Source of the DNA: Phycisphaera mikurensis NBRC 102666
GTDB taxonomy: Bacteria > Planctomycetota > Phycisphaerae > Phycisphaerales > Phycisphaeraceae
Assembly: GCF_000284115.1 (NCBI RefSeq)
Contig: NC_017080.1
Span: 2,610,001-2,642,000 of the forward strand
Length of the DNA: 32,000 bases
Direction: 5' to 3'
A model generated the notes under the pieces. That model was not told where the DNA came from. It did no database searches and saw only the letters and a program-made list of their open reading frames with translations. The position numbers and the translations under genes were made by a program. Positions within the stretch are counted from its first letter, which is position 1. The number at the start of each line of letters is the position of its first letter. This document shows, one piece after another, positions 18,747 to 28,656 of this stretch.

Positions 18747-20708
18747 ATGTGCGGATTCGCCGGCCTCGTCAACTTCAACGACGACCCCGTCGACGAGCGG
18801 CGCCTCGGGGCCATGCTCGCCGCCGTCGAGCACCGCGGACCGGACGGGAGGGGCACGTCCGTCCGCGGGCGGGTCGGCCTCGTGCACGCGCGTCTGGCGG
18901 TCATCGACCTGCTCTCCGGGCAGCAGCCGATGTCGCTGGCGGCGGCGGGAGCCACGGGCTCGGGCGGTGCGGCCGCCGTGGCGGCACGCAGCGGCCCGCT
19001 CCGCCTGGTCTTCAACGGTGAGATCTACAACCACCGGTCGCTGCGGAAGAAGCTCTCGCGCCGCGGCGACGTCTTCACCAGCGATCACTCCGACACCGAG
19101 GTGCTGCTCCACGGCTACCGGCGGTGGGGCCCGGAGCTGCCCAAGCACCTCGACGGGATGTTCGCCTTCGCCCTCGTCGACGACGAGGCCGGCACCGTGC
19201 TGCTCTGCCGCGACCGCGTCGGCCTCAAGCCGCTGTACATCGCCCGCGATCCCGGCGGCCGCGGCATCGCCTTCGGTTCCACGGTGGCGGCGGTCACGGC
19301 CGGCGGGCCGGAGCGCCGGCTGAACCCCGCGGCCCTCCGCACCTACCTCCGCTTCGGCTACACCTTCGAGCAGTCGATCGTCTCGGGGGTGGAGGAGCTG
19401 CCGCCGGCGAGCACCCTGCTCATCTCCGCGGGCGGCGGCCTCGACGCGGCCACGTACTGGCGGCCGCCGCCGCTGTCGAAGAGCAGCACCGAGATCGGCC
19501 TCCTGCAGGGTCTCCGCGAGGTCCTCGGCGAGGCCGTCAGCCGCCGGCTCGAAGCCGACGTGCCGCTGGGCTGCTTCCTCTCCGGAGGCGTGGACTCCTC
19601 GCTGGTCGCCGCGCTGGCGCAGGCAAAGCTGGCGGAGGCCGGCGCCGGGCCCCTGCGCACCTTCAGCGTCGCGATGCCCGCGGCCGCCTACGACGAGACC
19701 TCGCACGCCGAGACGGTCGCCGCGCACCTGGGCGTCGAGCACACGACGCTGCCGTGCCGGCCCGGCGACGCGATCGAGGACCTCCACCTGCTCATGCGGC
19801 AGAGCGGCGAGCCCACCGCGGACAGCTCGCTCCTGCCGCAGTACTGGCTGGCCCGCGAGGCGAGGGCGCACATCAAGGTGGCGATCTCCGGCGACGGCGG
19901 CGACGAGCTCTTCGGCGGCTACGACCGGTACCGGGCCATGCGCGTGCTGCACCGCAACGCGGCGTGGATCGGCCGCATCCCCGCGTCGCTCTTCCCCGGT
20001 GGCGAGCAGAAGAGCCGGCTCGCCCGGCTGCAGCGGCTCGCCACCGCGGGCCGCGAGCCCGCGGCCGAGGGCCGCCGGTACGCCTCGATGATCGAGCTGT
20101 TCGGCCCCCCGTCGCTCGGCCTGCTGCTGCCCGACGCCGGGCCGCGTGGCCGCCGCCACGACGACGTCGACGACCCGCTTCCGCTGGCGCTCAGCTCCCC
20201 GGGCCTGCCCGGCTGGCCGGCCGGCGAGGCCGAGGGCCACGACCAGCCCGTCCACTCCGCGATGCGTTGGGACTTCCAGTACTACCTCCCGCACGAGGTG
20301 CTCCGGAAGGTGGACCGCGCCTCCATGGCCGTGGCGTTGGAGGTCCGCTGCCCGCTGCTGGACCGCGCCGTCTCGGACCTCGCCGGCCACGTTCCGCCGC
20401 ACCTGCTGATGCCGCGGAACCGGCCCAAGGGCCTGCTCCGCCGGCTCGCGGCCGAGCACCTCCCCGCCGCGATCGTGAAGCGACGCAAGCAGGGCTTCGC
20501 CGTGCCGATCGGGCACTGGATGCGCGGCGAGCTGAAGGACGCGCTGGCCGACCACCTCGCCTCCCCGGGGCTCGCGGCCCTCGGCATCGACACCGCCGTC
20601 GCCCGCACCTTCTTCGACGAGCACCAGGCGGAGCTGGCCGATCACACCCACCGTCTCTTCGCCCTGCTGCAGCTCTCGATCTTCGCGGAGCAGCGCGGGG
20701 CGGGTTGA
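18747..20708 (+). CDS. asnB: Asparagine synthase (glutamine-hydrolysing)
   Basis: MCGFAGLVNF (Cys2 nucleophile), [58 protein letters not shown]. Confidence 0.95.
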   Translation: MCGFAGLVNFNDDPVDERRLGAMLAAVEHRGPDGRGTSVRGRVGLVHARLAVIDLLSGQQPMSLAAAGATGSGGAAAVAARSGPLRLVFNGEIYNHRSLRKKLSRRGDVFTSDHSDTEVLLHGYRRWGPELPKHLDGMFAFALVDDEAGTVLLCRDRVGLKPLYIARDPGGRGIAFGSTVAAVTAGGPERRLNPAALRTYLRFGYTFEQSIVSGVEELPPASTLLISAGGGLDAATYWRPPPLSKSSTEIGLLQGLREVLGEAVSRRLEADVPLGCFLSGGVDSSLVAALAQAKLAEAGAGPLRTFSVAMPAAAYDETSHAETVAAHLGVEHTTLPCRPGDAIEDLHLLMRQSGEPTADSSLLPQYWLAREARAHIKVAISGDGGDELFGGYDRYRAMRVLHRNAAWIGRIPASLFPGGEQKSRLARLQRLATAGREPAAEGRRYASMIELFGPPSLGLLLPDAGPRGRRHDDVDDPLPLALSSPGLPGWPAGEAEGHDQPVHSAMRWDFQYYLPHEVLRKVDRASMAVALEVRCPLLDRAVSDLAGHVPPHLLMPRNRPKGLLRRLAAEHLPAAIVKRRKQGFAVPIGHWMRGELKDALADHLASPGLAALGIDTAVARTFFDEHQAELADHTHRLFALLQLSIFAEQRGAG

Positions 20709-20764
20709 ACGGCGGCCGGCGGGGCTCGGAGTCGCCCCGCCGCCGCGCCATAGGGTGGGCCGCC

Positions 20765-21721
20765 ATGACCACCCGCTTCCTCCCCAAGCTCCTGGCGTTC
20801 GCCCTGGCCCTCGCCGCGGCGGGCCCCGCCGCGGCCCAGCCCGCCGAGGCCGGGCGGCTCACGGTCGCTACCTACAACATCGAGAACGCCTTCGACGTCT
20901 TCGACGATCCGTACTCCGGCGACGAGGGGACGGCGGTGAAGAGCCGGCACGAGCTCCGGGCGATCGCTTCCGCGGTGGCCGCGAGCAACGCCGACCTGGT
21001 CTTCTTCCAGGAGGTCGAGAACGCGGAGCTTCTCGCGGCGATGGCCGCCGAGTTCCTCCCCGACGCCGGCTACACGACCTGCCTGGTCACGCCGACCAAC
21101 GACGGGCGGGGGATCCACCTCGGGCTCCTGTCGCGGCTGCCGGTCGTCTCGGTCACCAGCCACCGCTGGGCGTCCTTCCCCGGTCCCGGGGGCGGGGAAG
21201 AGCGGCTCCACTTCAGCCGCGACGCCCAGGAGGTCGTCCTGGACCTGCCCGACGGCTCGCCGCTGCGCGTGTTCAACGTCCACCTCAAGAGCAACCGCGA
21301 CCGCGAGGGCGACGAGCGGTCGATGCGGAAGCGCACCGCCGAGGCTCTGAAGGTGAAGCGGCTCGCCGCCGAGCGGCTGGCCGCCGATCCGGGCGCGCTC
21401 TACCTCGCCGTCGGCGACTTCAACAGCGATTACACCGTGGCCGAGGGCCAGGCGGGCCCCTGGCCGGCCATGGCCGCCCTCCGCCGCGCGGAGCCCGATG
21501 GCTCCCGCGTCCTCCTCGACGTGCACGAGGGCCTGCCCCGCGAGCAGCGGGAGACCCTCCCCGGCGGCGGTTTCTATCCGCCGGCGACCTTCGACTACAT
21601 CCTCGCCTCCCCCGCCATGGCCCGCCGCCTTGTGCCGGGTTCCGCCGGCGTCATCCGGCGCGGCGACCTCGTCGCCGGCTCGGACCACCTCCCGGTCATC
21701 GCGACCTTCCGCACGGATTGA
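20765..21721 (+). CDS. Secreted endonuclease/exonuclease/phosphatase (EEP) family protein
   Basis: Signal peptide MTTRFLPKLLAFALALAAAGPAAAQP, then LTVATYNIENAFDVFDDPY, LVFFQEVENAELL, LRVFNVHLKSN, YLAVGDFNSDY, FDYILASP, GSDHLPVIATF. The track merges it into longer frames. Confidence 0.9.
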   Translation: MTTRFLPKLLAFALALAAAGPAAAQPAEAGRLTVATYNIENAFDVFDDPYSGDEGTAVKSRHELRAIASAVAASNADLVFFQEVENAELLAAMAAEFLPDAGYTTCLVTPTNDGRGIHLGLLSRLPVVSVTSHRWASFPGPGGGEERLHFSRDAQEVVLDLPDGSPLRVFNVHLKSNRDREGDERSMRKRTAEALKVKRLAAERLAADPGALYLAVGDFNSDYTVAEGQAGPWPAMAALRRAEPDGSRVLLDVHEGLPREQRETLPGGGFYPPATFDYILASPAMARRLVPGSAGVIRRGDLVAGSDHLPVIATFRTD

Positions 21722-21981
21722 GCCGCCGCCCGGGCGGGCGCGGCCGCGCGCGGCTTCAAGGCCGAAACCACGCCCGGCGTGGCCCATCGAGCCACGTTCC
21801 CCGCGCGGAGGGCGATCGGAACCTCCGGCTCCGGAGACGCTTGGGCGCGTTTTCGGCGCCGCCCGCACCCGCGGCTCCCGCGTCTCCTAAACCCCCGGGT
21901 CCCCGCGGGACGCGGTGTGGTGCCGCGTGCCGCGAGCGGCCTCCCCCGGGAGTTTCCGGGTCCTGCTCCCCGAGACCAACG

Positions 21982-22929
21982 ATGCCGATCGACGCCTTGA
22001 CCACCCTGGCCGCCGTGGGCCAGCTGCACAACATGGAGAACTTCTTCTCCTACACGCCGGGTCAGCACTTCGCGATCTCGCAGATCCTCACCTTCGGCTA
22101 CGGCTGCTTCCTCGCGTCGCTGATCTACTTCCTGCTCACGCTGACGAGCATCCCGCCGCGCTACCGGCTCGCCGGGATCCTCTCCTGCTGCGTCGCCGCG
22201 ACGGCCGGCTTCATCCTGTACCACGAGACGCGGTACTGGCAGCAGACCTTCGTCTACGACTCGCTCTCGGGCCTCTTCGTGCGGAGGCCCGACCAGATGT
22301 ACTCCAACGGCTACCGCTACGTGAACTGGGCGATCACGGTGCCGCTGCTGCTCATGACCCTGATGGTGGTGATCCCGCTCGCGCACGCGGCGAAGCGGCA
22401 GAAAGCCGCCCGGCGCCTGGTGATCTTCGGGGTCTCGATGGTCTTCTGCTCGTGGGTCGGCGGCTTCTTCGAGGCCGACGGCCACACCGAGGGCGGCAAC
22501 CTGCTGGGCTTCTGGTTCAGCTACCTGCTGGGCTGGGTCTTCTACGTGCTGCTGCTGATGCAGGTTTTCGCGGTCATCGGCGAGGGGCAGAAGCACGTCT
22601 CCGCCGAGGCGGGCAAGCTGCTCAGGTGCCTGCTGGGCCTGTTCCTGGTCTCCTGGACGATCTACGCCTTCGTGCTGCTCCAGCCGCTGTTCTGGTGGAG
22701 CCCCACGAGCGTCGTGGTGCGGCAGGCGCTGTTCACGATCGCCGACGTCAGCAGCAAGGCGGTGTACGGCATCCTGATGGGCCGGCTCGCGGTGCGGGTC
22801 GCCGACGGCTCCAGCGGGCTCCCCAACGCCTACCGCTCGCTCGCGAAGTCGCGTGAGCAGACGCACGCCTCCGGCGGCTCGGACGTCGGCGTCCCCGCCG
22901 TGGAGACGCGAAACGAAGCGCCCGCTTGA
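21982..22929 (+). CDS. Microbial (type I) rhodopsin, KR2/chloride-pump-clade-like, N-T-T motif (315 aa)
   Basis: Seven hydrophobic segments. Helix C is NGYRYVNWAITVPLLLMTLMVV. Helix G is RQALFTIADVSSKAVYGILMGR with retinal-binding Lys259 (codon 22756-22758). Helix F has SWTIYAFVL. N-terminus NMENFFSYTPGQHFAISQILTFGYGCFLASLIYFLLTL. The track shows it only as the C-terminal part of 20755-22929. Confidence 0.93.
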   Translation: MPIDALTTLAAVGQLHNMENFFSYTPGQHFAISQILTFGYGCFLASLIYFLLTLTSIPPRYRLAGILSCCVAATAGFILYHETRYWQQTFVYDSLSGLFVRRPDQMYSNGYRYVNWAITVPLLLMTLMVVIPLAHAAKRQKAARRLVIFGVSMVFCSWVGGFFEADGHTEGGNLLGFWFSYLLGWVFYVLLLMQVFAVIGEGQKHVSAEAGKLLRCLLGLFLVSWTIYAFVLLQPLFWWSPTSVVVRQALFTIADVSSKAVYGILMGRLAVRVADGSSGLPNAYRSLAKSREQTHASGGSDVGVPAVETRNEAPA

Positions 22930-23021
22930 TCCGGAGCGCGACGCCGGGCCCCTCGGAGGGTTCTCGCGGGTCCCCGACGCGGACGACCCGCCGCTGCCCG
23001 GGTGGTAGCGCCACGGTGCGG

Positions 23022-23114
23022 AGCGTGCCCGGCACACGCCGTGTGCCGAGTCGCCCGACCCCGCCAGCGTCTTCGCGCACGAGCACCCGATCCGCGTTGC
23101 GGGTCGGGCACGCT
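23022..23114. other. Nested inverted repeats downstream of the rhodopsin gene
   Basis: AGCGTGCCC (23022-23030) / GGGCACGCT (23106-23114), enclosing GGCACACG-C-CGTGTGCC (23031-23047). Confidence 0.55.
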
Positions 23115-23149
23115 GCGCCGCGCCTCGGCGAGGGGCTTTAGAGCATCGT

Positions 23150-23285
23150 GCGCAATTTTCCGATCGGCCTGCGTCCGCGCGTCGTGTTCCTCGTGAGGAG
23201 GCGAAGCAGCCCTGCCCCTGCAGGGCGATGCAGCCGACGAAGCGAGGGGCACGACTCGCCCGCAGAGGCGATCGGAAAATTGCGC
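23150..23285. repeat. 136-bp palindromic (MITE/REP-like) element
   Basis: Perfect 17-bp terminal inverted repeats GCGCAATTTTCCGATCG (23150-23166) / CGATCGGAAAATTGCGC (23269-23285). Internal complementarity GTCGTGTTCCTCG (23181-23193) / CGAGGGGCACGAC (23243-23255), 11/13. Central GCCCTG/CAGGGC at 23209-23214/23221-23226. Second diverged copy at 5-80. Confidence 0.85.
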
Positions 23286-23293
23286 GCGGTGCG

Positions 23294-25438
23294 CTAGCCC
23301 TGCTCGGCTTCGATGATGTCCTTGGCGATGTTCGCCGGGACCGGGGCGTACCGCAGCGGCTCCATCGCGTAGCTCGCCCGGCCCTGGCTCATGCCGCGGA
23401 GGCTGTTGGAGTAGCCGAACATCTCCGAGAGCGGGGCCTCGGCGGTGAGGATCCGGGTGTTGCCGCGCTCCTCGTCGCCGACGACCAGGGCCCGGCGGCG
23501 GTTGAGGTCGCCGGTCACGTTGCCGAAGAACTCCTCGGGCGTGGTGACGATCACCTTCATGATCGGCTCCATCAGCTGGAGCCCCGCCTTGCGCGTGGCC
23601 TCCTTGAAGGCGATGGTGCCGGCCATCTCGAAGGCGATCTGCGAGGAGTCCACGTCGTGGAACTTGCCGTCGATGAGCTCGACGCACACGTCCAGCAGCG
23701 GGTAACCGGCGAGGACGCCGCCCTTGGCGGTGGCGCGGGCGCCCACGGCGACCGAGGGGATGTACTCGCGGGGGATCGCACCGCCGGCGATGTTGTCCTT
23801 GAAGGCGACGCCGTCCTGGAAGGGCAGCTCCGCCTCCTGGGCTTCCTCCTCGGTCATCGGGTAGACCTTGATCGTGCAGTCGCCGAACTGGCCGCGGCCG
23901 CCGGTCTGCTTCTTGTGGATGCCGCGGGCCTCGGCCTCCTTGGAGATGCACTCCTTGTAAGCCACGCGGGGCTGGCCCACGATCACGCCGACCTTCATGT
24001 CGCGGCGGAGCTTGGTGGTGATGATGTCCAGGTGCAGCTCGCCCATGCCGGCGATGATGGTCTGGCCGGTCTCCTCGTCGTAGTTGGCCTGGAAGCTGGG
24101 ATCCTCGCGGCGGATGGTGCCCAGCGCCGTGGAGAGCTTCTCCTTGTCGCCGGCGGTCTCGGGCTCGATCGACATCGAGATGACCGGCTCGGGGAAGTCC
24201 ATGCGGTCGAGCACGATCGGGTCGTCGGGCGAGCAGAGCGTCTCGCCCGTGTACGAGCCCTTCAGGCCCACGACCGCGACGATGGTGCCCGCGGGCGCCT
24301 CGTCGCGCGGGATGCGCTCCTTGGAGTGCATCTCGAAGATCCGGCTGACGATCTCCTTCTTGTTGTTGTTGGAGTTCATCACGCGCGTGCCCTTCTCCAG
24401 CTTGCCGGAGTAGACGCGGACGTAGGTGAGGTCGCCGTGCTGGTCGTTGACGATCTTGAAGACCAGCGCCGACAGCGGGGCGTTCTCGTCGTGCGGGCGG
24501 GTAAGCCGCTTCTCGGCGTCGGCGGGGTCGGTGCCCTCGGTCTCGGGGACCTGCGTGGGGTTGGGCAGGTAGTCGATGACGCCGTCGAGCAGCTTCTGCA
24601 CGCCGATGTTCTGCAGGGCCGAGCCGCAGAAGGTCGGGTGGATCTCCCGCGAGAGCGTGCCCTTCCGCAGGGCGGAGCGGATCTCGTCGTTGGTGATCTC
24701 TTCGCCGCCGAGGTACTTCTCGGCGAGGTCGTCGTCGAGGTCGCCGCAGGCCTCCACCAGCAGCTCGCGGCGGGCGTCGGCCTCGTCCTGCATCTCGGCG
24801 GGGATGTCCTCCTCGACGATCTCGTTGCCCATCTCGCCCTGGAAGCGGTAGGCCTTCATCTCGATGAGGTCGATCAGGCCGGCGAACTCGTGGCCGCTGC
24901 CGATGGGCAGCTGCACCGCGATCGCCTTGGCTCCCAGCCGCTCGCCGATGGAGTTGAAGCTGAAGTCGAAGTCGGCTCCGATCTTGTCCATCTTGTTGAT
25001 GAAGCAGACCGACGGCACCTTGTACCGCTGCGTCTGCCGCCACACGGTCTCGGACTGAGCCTCCACGCCCTCCTTGCCGTCGAAGACCACCACCGCGCCG
25101 TCGAGCACGCGCATCGACCGCTCGACCTCCATGGTGAAGTCGACGTGGCCGGGGGTGTCGATGAGGTTGCAGGTGTACTCGACGCCGTTGCGGGTCCACG
25201 GGCAGGTGGTCGCGGCGGACTGGATCGTGATGCCGCGGTTCTGCTCGTCCTCGAGCGAGTCCATCGTCGCGAGGCCCTCGTGCACCTCGCCGATCTTGTG
25301 GGTCTTGCCGGTGTAGTAGAGGACCCGCTCGGTGGTGGTGGTCTTGCCCGCGTCGATGTGGGCGCAGATGCCGAAGTTCCGCGTCTTCTGGAGGCGGGTG
25401 AGGCTGGCGGGGTCGGTGAAGATGGCGGCTGCGGTCAT
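23294..25438 (-). CDS. fusA: Translation elongation factor G
   Basis: [124 protein letters not shown]. 714 aa. Confidence 0.98.
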   Translation of the reverse strand: MTAAAIFTDPASLTRLQKTRNFGICAHIDAGKTTTTERVLYYTGKTHKIGEVHEGLATMDSLEDEQNRGITIQSAATTCPWTRNGVEYTCNLIDTPGHVDFTMEVERSMRVLDGAVVVFDGKEGVEAQSETVWRQTQRYKVPSVCFINKMDKIGADFDFSFNSIGERLGAKAIAVQLPIGSGHEFAGLIDLIEMKAYRFQGEMGNEIVEEDIPAEMQDEADARRELLVEACGDLDDDLAEKYLGGEEITNDEIRSALRKGTLSREIHPTFCGSALQNIGVQKLLDGVIDYLPNPTQVPETEGTDPADAEKRLTRPHDENAPLSALVFKIVNDQHGDLTYVRVYSGKLEKGTRVMNSNNNKKEIVSRIFEMHSKERIPRDEAPAGTIVAVVGLKGSYTGETLCSPDDPIVLDRMDFPEPVISMSIEPETAGDKEKLSTALGTIRREDPSFQANYDEETGQTIIAGMGELHLDIITTKLRRDMKVGVIVGQPRVAYKECISKEAEARGIHKKQTGGRGQFGDCTIKVYPMTEEEAQEAELPFQDGVAFKDNIAGGAIPREYIPSVAVGARATAKGGVLAGYPLLDVCVELIDGKFHDVDSSQIAFEMAGTIAFKEATRKAGLQLMEPIMKVIVTTPEEFFGNVTGDLNRRRALVVGDEERGNTRILTAEAPLSEMFGYSNSLRGMSQGRASYAMEPLRYAPVPANIAKDIIEAEQG

Positions 25439-25697
25439 GGTGGGCGTTCGCGGCGGCGCCGCGAGGGAGCTGGGGGAGGAAAAGCACCGGCCGGCCTCCC
25501 CGGGGTGAAGGAAGACCGTCCGCGGATCGCGGATGCGCCGGCACGAGCGGCGCGGGGGTGCAGGAGCCGCGCACGCGTTCCCGCGGGCGTCGGGCGGGAA
25601 GCTTATCCCGGGCCGCGGGAGCCATCAACCGGGGCGGCGGCGGGTCGGGCCGCGCCACCCGGGCGGCGTCGCCCGCCTCCCGCGGACCGCGCGGTGG

Positions 25698-26186
25698 TCA
25701 GCCGTCTGGAGGCCGCGGTCCGCGGGCCAGGCCGGCCAGGGCTTCGCCATCGAGGCGGTGGGTCGTCCACCCGGATTGGGGCACCGATCGCAGCGTCTCG
25801 TAGAAGTCGATCGCGGGCCGGTTCCAGTCCAGGACCGCCCACTCCAGCCGGGCGCAGCCACGCTGCACGGCCTTCCGGGCGACGGCGGCGATAAGGGCCC
25901 GCCCGTGGCCGCGACCGCGGGCGGCGGGGCTGACGAAGAGGTCCTCGAGGTGCAGGCCGGGCTTGCCCGTCCACGTGCTGAAGCTGCGGTAGAAGAGCGC
26001 GAAGCCGACGGGGCGGCCCGCTTCCTCGGCGAGGAGCACCTCCGCGCACGGCTCGGGACCGAAAAGGTTCTCGCCGAACTCGTGCGGGTCGAAGGCCACC
26101 GACTCGGACTCGCGCTCGTACGCGGCGAGCGCGTGGATGAAGCCGAAGATGGCGTCGAGGTCTCCGGGCCGGGCGTCGCGGATCAT
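25698..26186 (-). CDS. GNAT-family N-acetyltransferase
   Basis: MIRDARPGDLDAIFGFIHALAAYERE, LHLEDLFVSPAARGRGHGRALIAAVARKAVQRGCARLEWAVLDWNRPAIDFYETL. Confidence 0.92.
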   Translation of the reverse strand: MIRDARPGDLDAIFGFIHALAAYERESESVAFDPHEFGENLFGPEPCAEVLLAEEAGRPVGFALFYRSFSTWTGKPGLHLEDLFVSPAARGRGHGRALIAAVARKAVQRGCARLEWAVLDWNRPAIDFYETLRSVPQSGWTTHRLDGEALAGLARGPRPPDG

Positions 26187-26372
26187 GGCGAGGTTGTATC
26201 CCGACGCCGCGCCGCGACGGGCTCCCGAAGGCCAGCCGGAGGGTGGACTCAAGACAGATCAAGGCGCCAGCACCCCTCCCGGTCGGGACCGCACCCGGCC
26301 CGGGCCGGGTGCGGGGAGGAGGCCGCGGCTTGCGCGACCCCTCGCCGCGGGAGCCAGCTACGCTGGCGGCTT

Positions 26373-27578
26373 ATGAAGCTTCACGAGTATCAGGCGCGTC
26401 AACTCCTTCAAGACCACGGCGTCGCTGTGCCCCCCGCGGAGGTCATCGGCTCGGCCGAAGAAGCCGCGGCGGCGTTCGAGAAGCTTGCCCCCGCGGGCGG
26501 GGGGCTCTGCGTCGTCAAGGCCCAGGTGCACGCGGGCGGCCGCGGCAAAGGCGGCGGCGTCAAGCTCGTGCGGAGCGCCGGGGAGGCCACCGAGGCGGCG
26601 GAGACGATCCTCAGCAAGCCGCTCGTGACGCCGCAGACCGGCCCCGAGGGCGTCGAGGTCGCCAAGCTGCTCGTCGCCGCGGGCGTCGACATCGCCAAGG
26701 AGTACTACCTGGGCGTCGTCGTCGACCGCGCACGCGGCTGCCCGGTGATCATCGCCTCGGCCGAGGGCGGCGTCGAGATCGAGGAGGTCGCCCAGAGCAA
26801 CCCCGACGCGATCCTCAAGGAGCCGGTCGACCCCTCCGCCGGCCTGCTGCCGTACCAGGCGACGAAGCTCGCCTTCGCGCTGGGCCTCGAGAAGAGCCTC
26901 GTCAAGCAGTTCAAGGGGATCCTCGCCGGGCTGGTCAGAGCCTTCCTCGCGAGCGACGGCTCGCTGGTGGAGATCAACCCGCTGGTGGTGACGCCGCCCA
27001 GCGAAGACCACCCCGACGGGCAGATGCTCGCGATCGACGCCAAGGCGGACCTCGACGACAACGCCCGCTTCCGCCAGAAGAAGATCGCCGAGACGCTCGA
27101 CGAGAGCGAGACGCCCCAGAGCGAGACGAGAGCCGCCGAGCACGGCCTCAGCTACATCCAGCTCGACGGCTCGATCGGCTGCCTCGTGAACGGGGCCGGC
27201 CTGGCGATGGCGACGATGGACATCATCAAGCTGCACGGCGCCGAGCCGGCGAACTTCCTGGACGTCGGCGGCTCCGCCAGCCAGGAAGCCGTGACCGAGG
27301 CCTTCCGCATCATCCTCTCCGACCCGTCGGTGCGTGGCATCCTCGTCAACATCTTCGGCGGCATCGCCAAGTGCGACACCATCGCCAAGGCGATCGTCGC
27401 CGCGGCGCAGGAGATCGGATTCGAGGTGCCGCTGGTGGTGCGGCTGGAGGGCACCAACGTCGAGCCGGCGCGGAAGATCCTCGAGGAAGCCAAGTCGTCG
27501 ATCCCCACGATGATCGTTGGCGACCACCTGACCGACGCGGCGGAGAAGATCACGTCGGCGGTGCGCGCCGCGGCGTGA
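26373..27578 (+). CDS. sucC: Succinyl-CoA synthetase (ADP-forming) beta subunit
   Basis: [121 protein letters not shown]. Confidence 0.97.
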   Translation: MKLHEYQARQLLQDHGVAVPPAEVIGSAEEAAAAFEKLAPAGGGLCVVKAQVHAGGRGKGGGVKLVRSAGEATEAAETILSKPLVTPQTGPEGVEVAKLLVAAGVDIAKEYYLGVVVDRARGCPVIIASAEGGVEIEEVAQSNPDAILKEPVDPSAGLLPYQATKLAFALGLEKSLVKQFKGILAGLVRAFLASDGSLVEINPLVVTPPSEDHPDGQMLAIDAKADLDDNARFRQKKIAETLDESETPQSETRAAEHGLSYIQLDGSIGCLVNGAGLAMATMDIIKLHGAEPANFLDVGGSASQEAVTEAFRIILSDPSVRGILVNIFGGIAKCDTIAKAIVAAAQEIGFEVPLVVRLEGTNVEPARKILEEAKSSIPTMIVGDHLTDAAEKITSAVRAAA

Positions 27579-27591
27579 GGCGGGCGGGGGG

Positions 27592-27623
27592 AAGCGAAGA
27601 AGCGAAGAAGCGAAGAAGCGAGG
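27592..27623. repeat. Four tandem octamers AAGCGAAG/AAGCGAGG, same family as 5063-5198
   Basis: AAGCGAAGAAGCGAAGAAGCGAAGAAGCGAGG lies between the convergent stops of sucC (27578) and gpsA (27634). It is a circular permutation of the reverse complement of CGCTTCTT. Confidence 0.9.
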
Positions 27624-27633
27624 CAACCAGCGT

Positions 27634-28656
27634 TCACCGCTGCTGCTCCGACTCCGGCCTCGCCTCCCGCGTCATGAGACGCGCCACGCCGTCGCGCGGC
27701 GAGAGGCCCTCGAAGAGCACGGCGTGCACGGCGCCGGTGATGGGCATGTCGACCCCGTGGCGGGCGGCGAGGACACGGGCGGCGCGGCAGGTGGGCACCC
27801 CCTCGACGACGCCGTGGCTGCCGGCGATGACCCCGTCCAGGGACTGTCCCCGGCCCAGCGCCTCGCCGCAGCTGCGGTTGCGGCCGCTGGGGGAGAAGCA
27901 GGTGGTGGCGAGGTCGCCGACGCCGGTGAGCCCGGCGAAGGTCTCGGCGCTGGCACCCATGGCGACGCCGAGCCGCGAGATCTCCGCGAGGCCGCGCGCA
28001 AGCAGCGCCGACTTGGCGTTGGCCCCCAGGCCGAGGCCGTCGATGATGCCGGCGGCGATGGCGACGACGTTCTTGAGCGCTCCGGCGAGCTCGACGCCGA
28101 GCAGGTCGGGGTTGGTGTAGACGCGGAACCAGTCCGCGTGGAACGCGGCCTGCAGACCGGCGGCCACCTTGGCGTCGCGGCACGCGGCGGCGGCGGTGGC
28201 GGGGAGCTTCCGGGCCAGCTCCTCGGCGATGGTCGGGCCCGACAGGCTCGCGTATGCCCGGGCGTCGGGGCCGCCGAGGGTGTCGGCGAGGACGCCCGTG
28301 GGGGAGAGCAGCGTCTCCCGCTCGATGCCCTTCGCGACGGAGACCACGGGCACGCCGGCGGGGACGAGCGGGGCGAAGGTCCCGAAGACCGAGCGGATCT
28401 GCTGCGTGGGGATCGAGGCGAGGACGAGGTCGCACCCATCGAGGGCTTCCACCGGGTCGGTCGCGAGAGCGAGAGCCGCCGGCAGCGGGTGGCCGGGGAG
28501 GTACTTGTGGTTCTCCCGGTGCCTCCGCATCAGGTCGATCTGCCCGGCGTCGCGGCCCCAGAGCGTCGCGGCGCGGCCGTTGTCGACCAGGAGCGAGGCC
28601 ATGACCGTGGCCATCGCCCCGCTGCCGATCACCGCGACCCGCTGGAATCCGCTCAT
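27634..28656 (-). CDS. gpsA: NAD(P)H-dependent glycerol-3-phosphate dehydrogenase
   Basis: [124 protein letters not shown]. Confidence 0.96.
   Translation of the reverse strand: MSGFQRVAVIGSGAMATVMASLLVDNGRAATLWGRDAGQIDLMRRHRENHKYLPGHPLPAALALATDPVEALDGCDLVLASIPTQQIRSVFGTFAPLVPAGVPVVSVAKGIERETLLSPTGVLADTLGGPDARAYASLSGPTIAEELARKLPATAAAACRDAKVAAGLQAAFHADWFRVYTNPDLLGVELAGALKNVVAIAAGIIDGLGLGANAKSALLARGLAEISRLGVAMGASAETFAGLTGVGDLATTCFSPSGRNRSCGEALGRGQSLDGVIAGSHGVVEGVPTCRAARVLAARHGVDMPITGAVHAVLFEGLSPRDGVARLMTREARPESEQQR

Noticed and set aside
14900-19015. 1371-aa minus-strand ORF overlapping the GH-like gene, aspS and asnB
   Set aside because: GC-driven antisense shadow frame. The sense-strand frames show clear family motifs and the antisense product has no recognisable domain.
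19124-21721. 865-aa plus ORF
   Set aside because: The first part is an out-of-frame reading of asnB. Only the last 318 codons (20765-21721) encode a real protein, the EEP-family hydrolase.
21915-22856. 313-aa plus ORF and 480-aa minus ORF over the rhodopsin region
   Set aside because: Neither translation gives membrane helices. The frame 21982-22929 gives a clean rhodopsin.
25600-26300. Recurrent GGTCCGCGG/CCGCGGACC words here and elsewhere as a dispersed repeat
   Set aside because: Short GC-only words are expected by chance at this composition. Only the 13-bp pair at 14161-14206 was long and symmetric enough to report.
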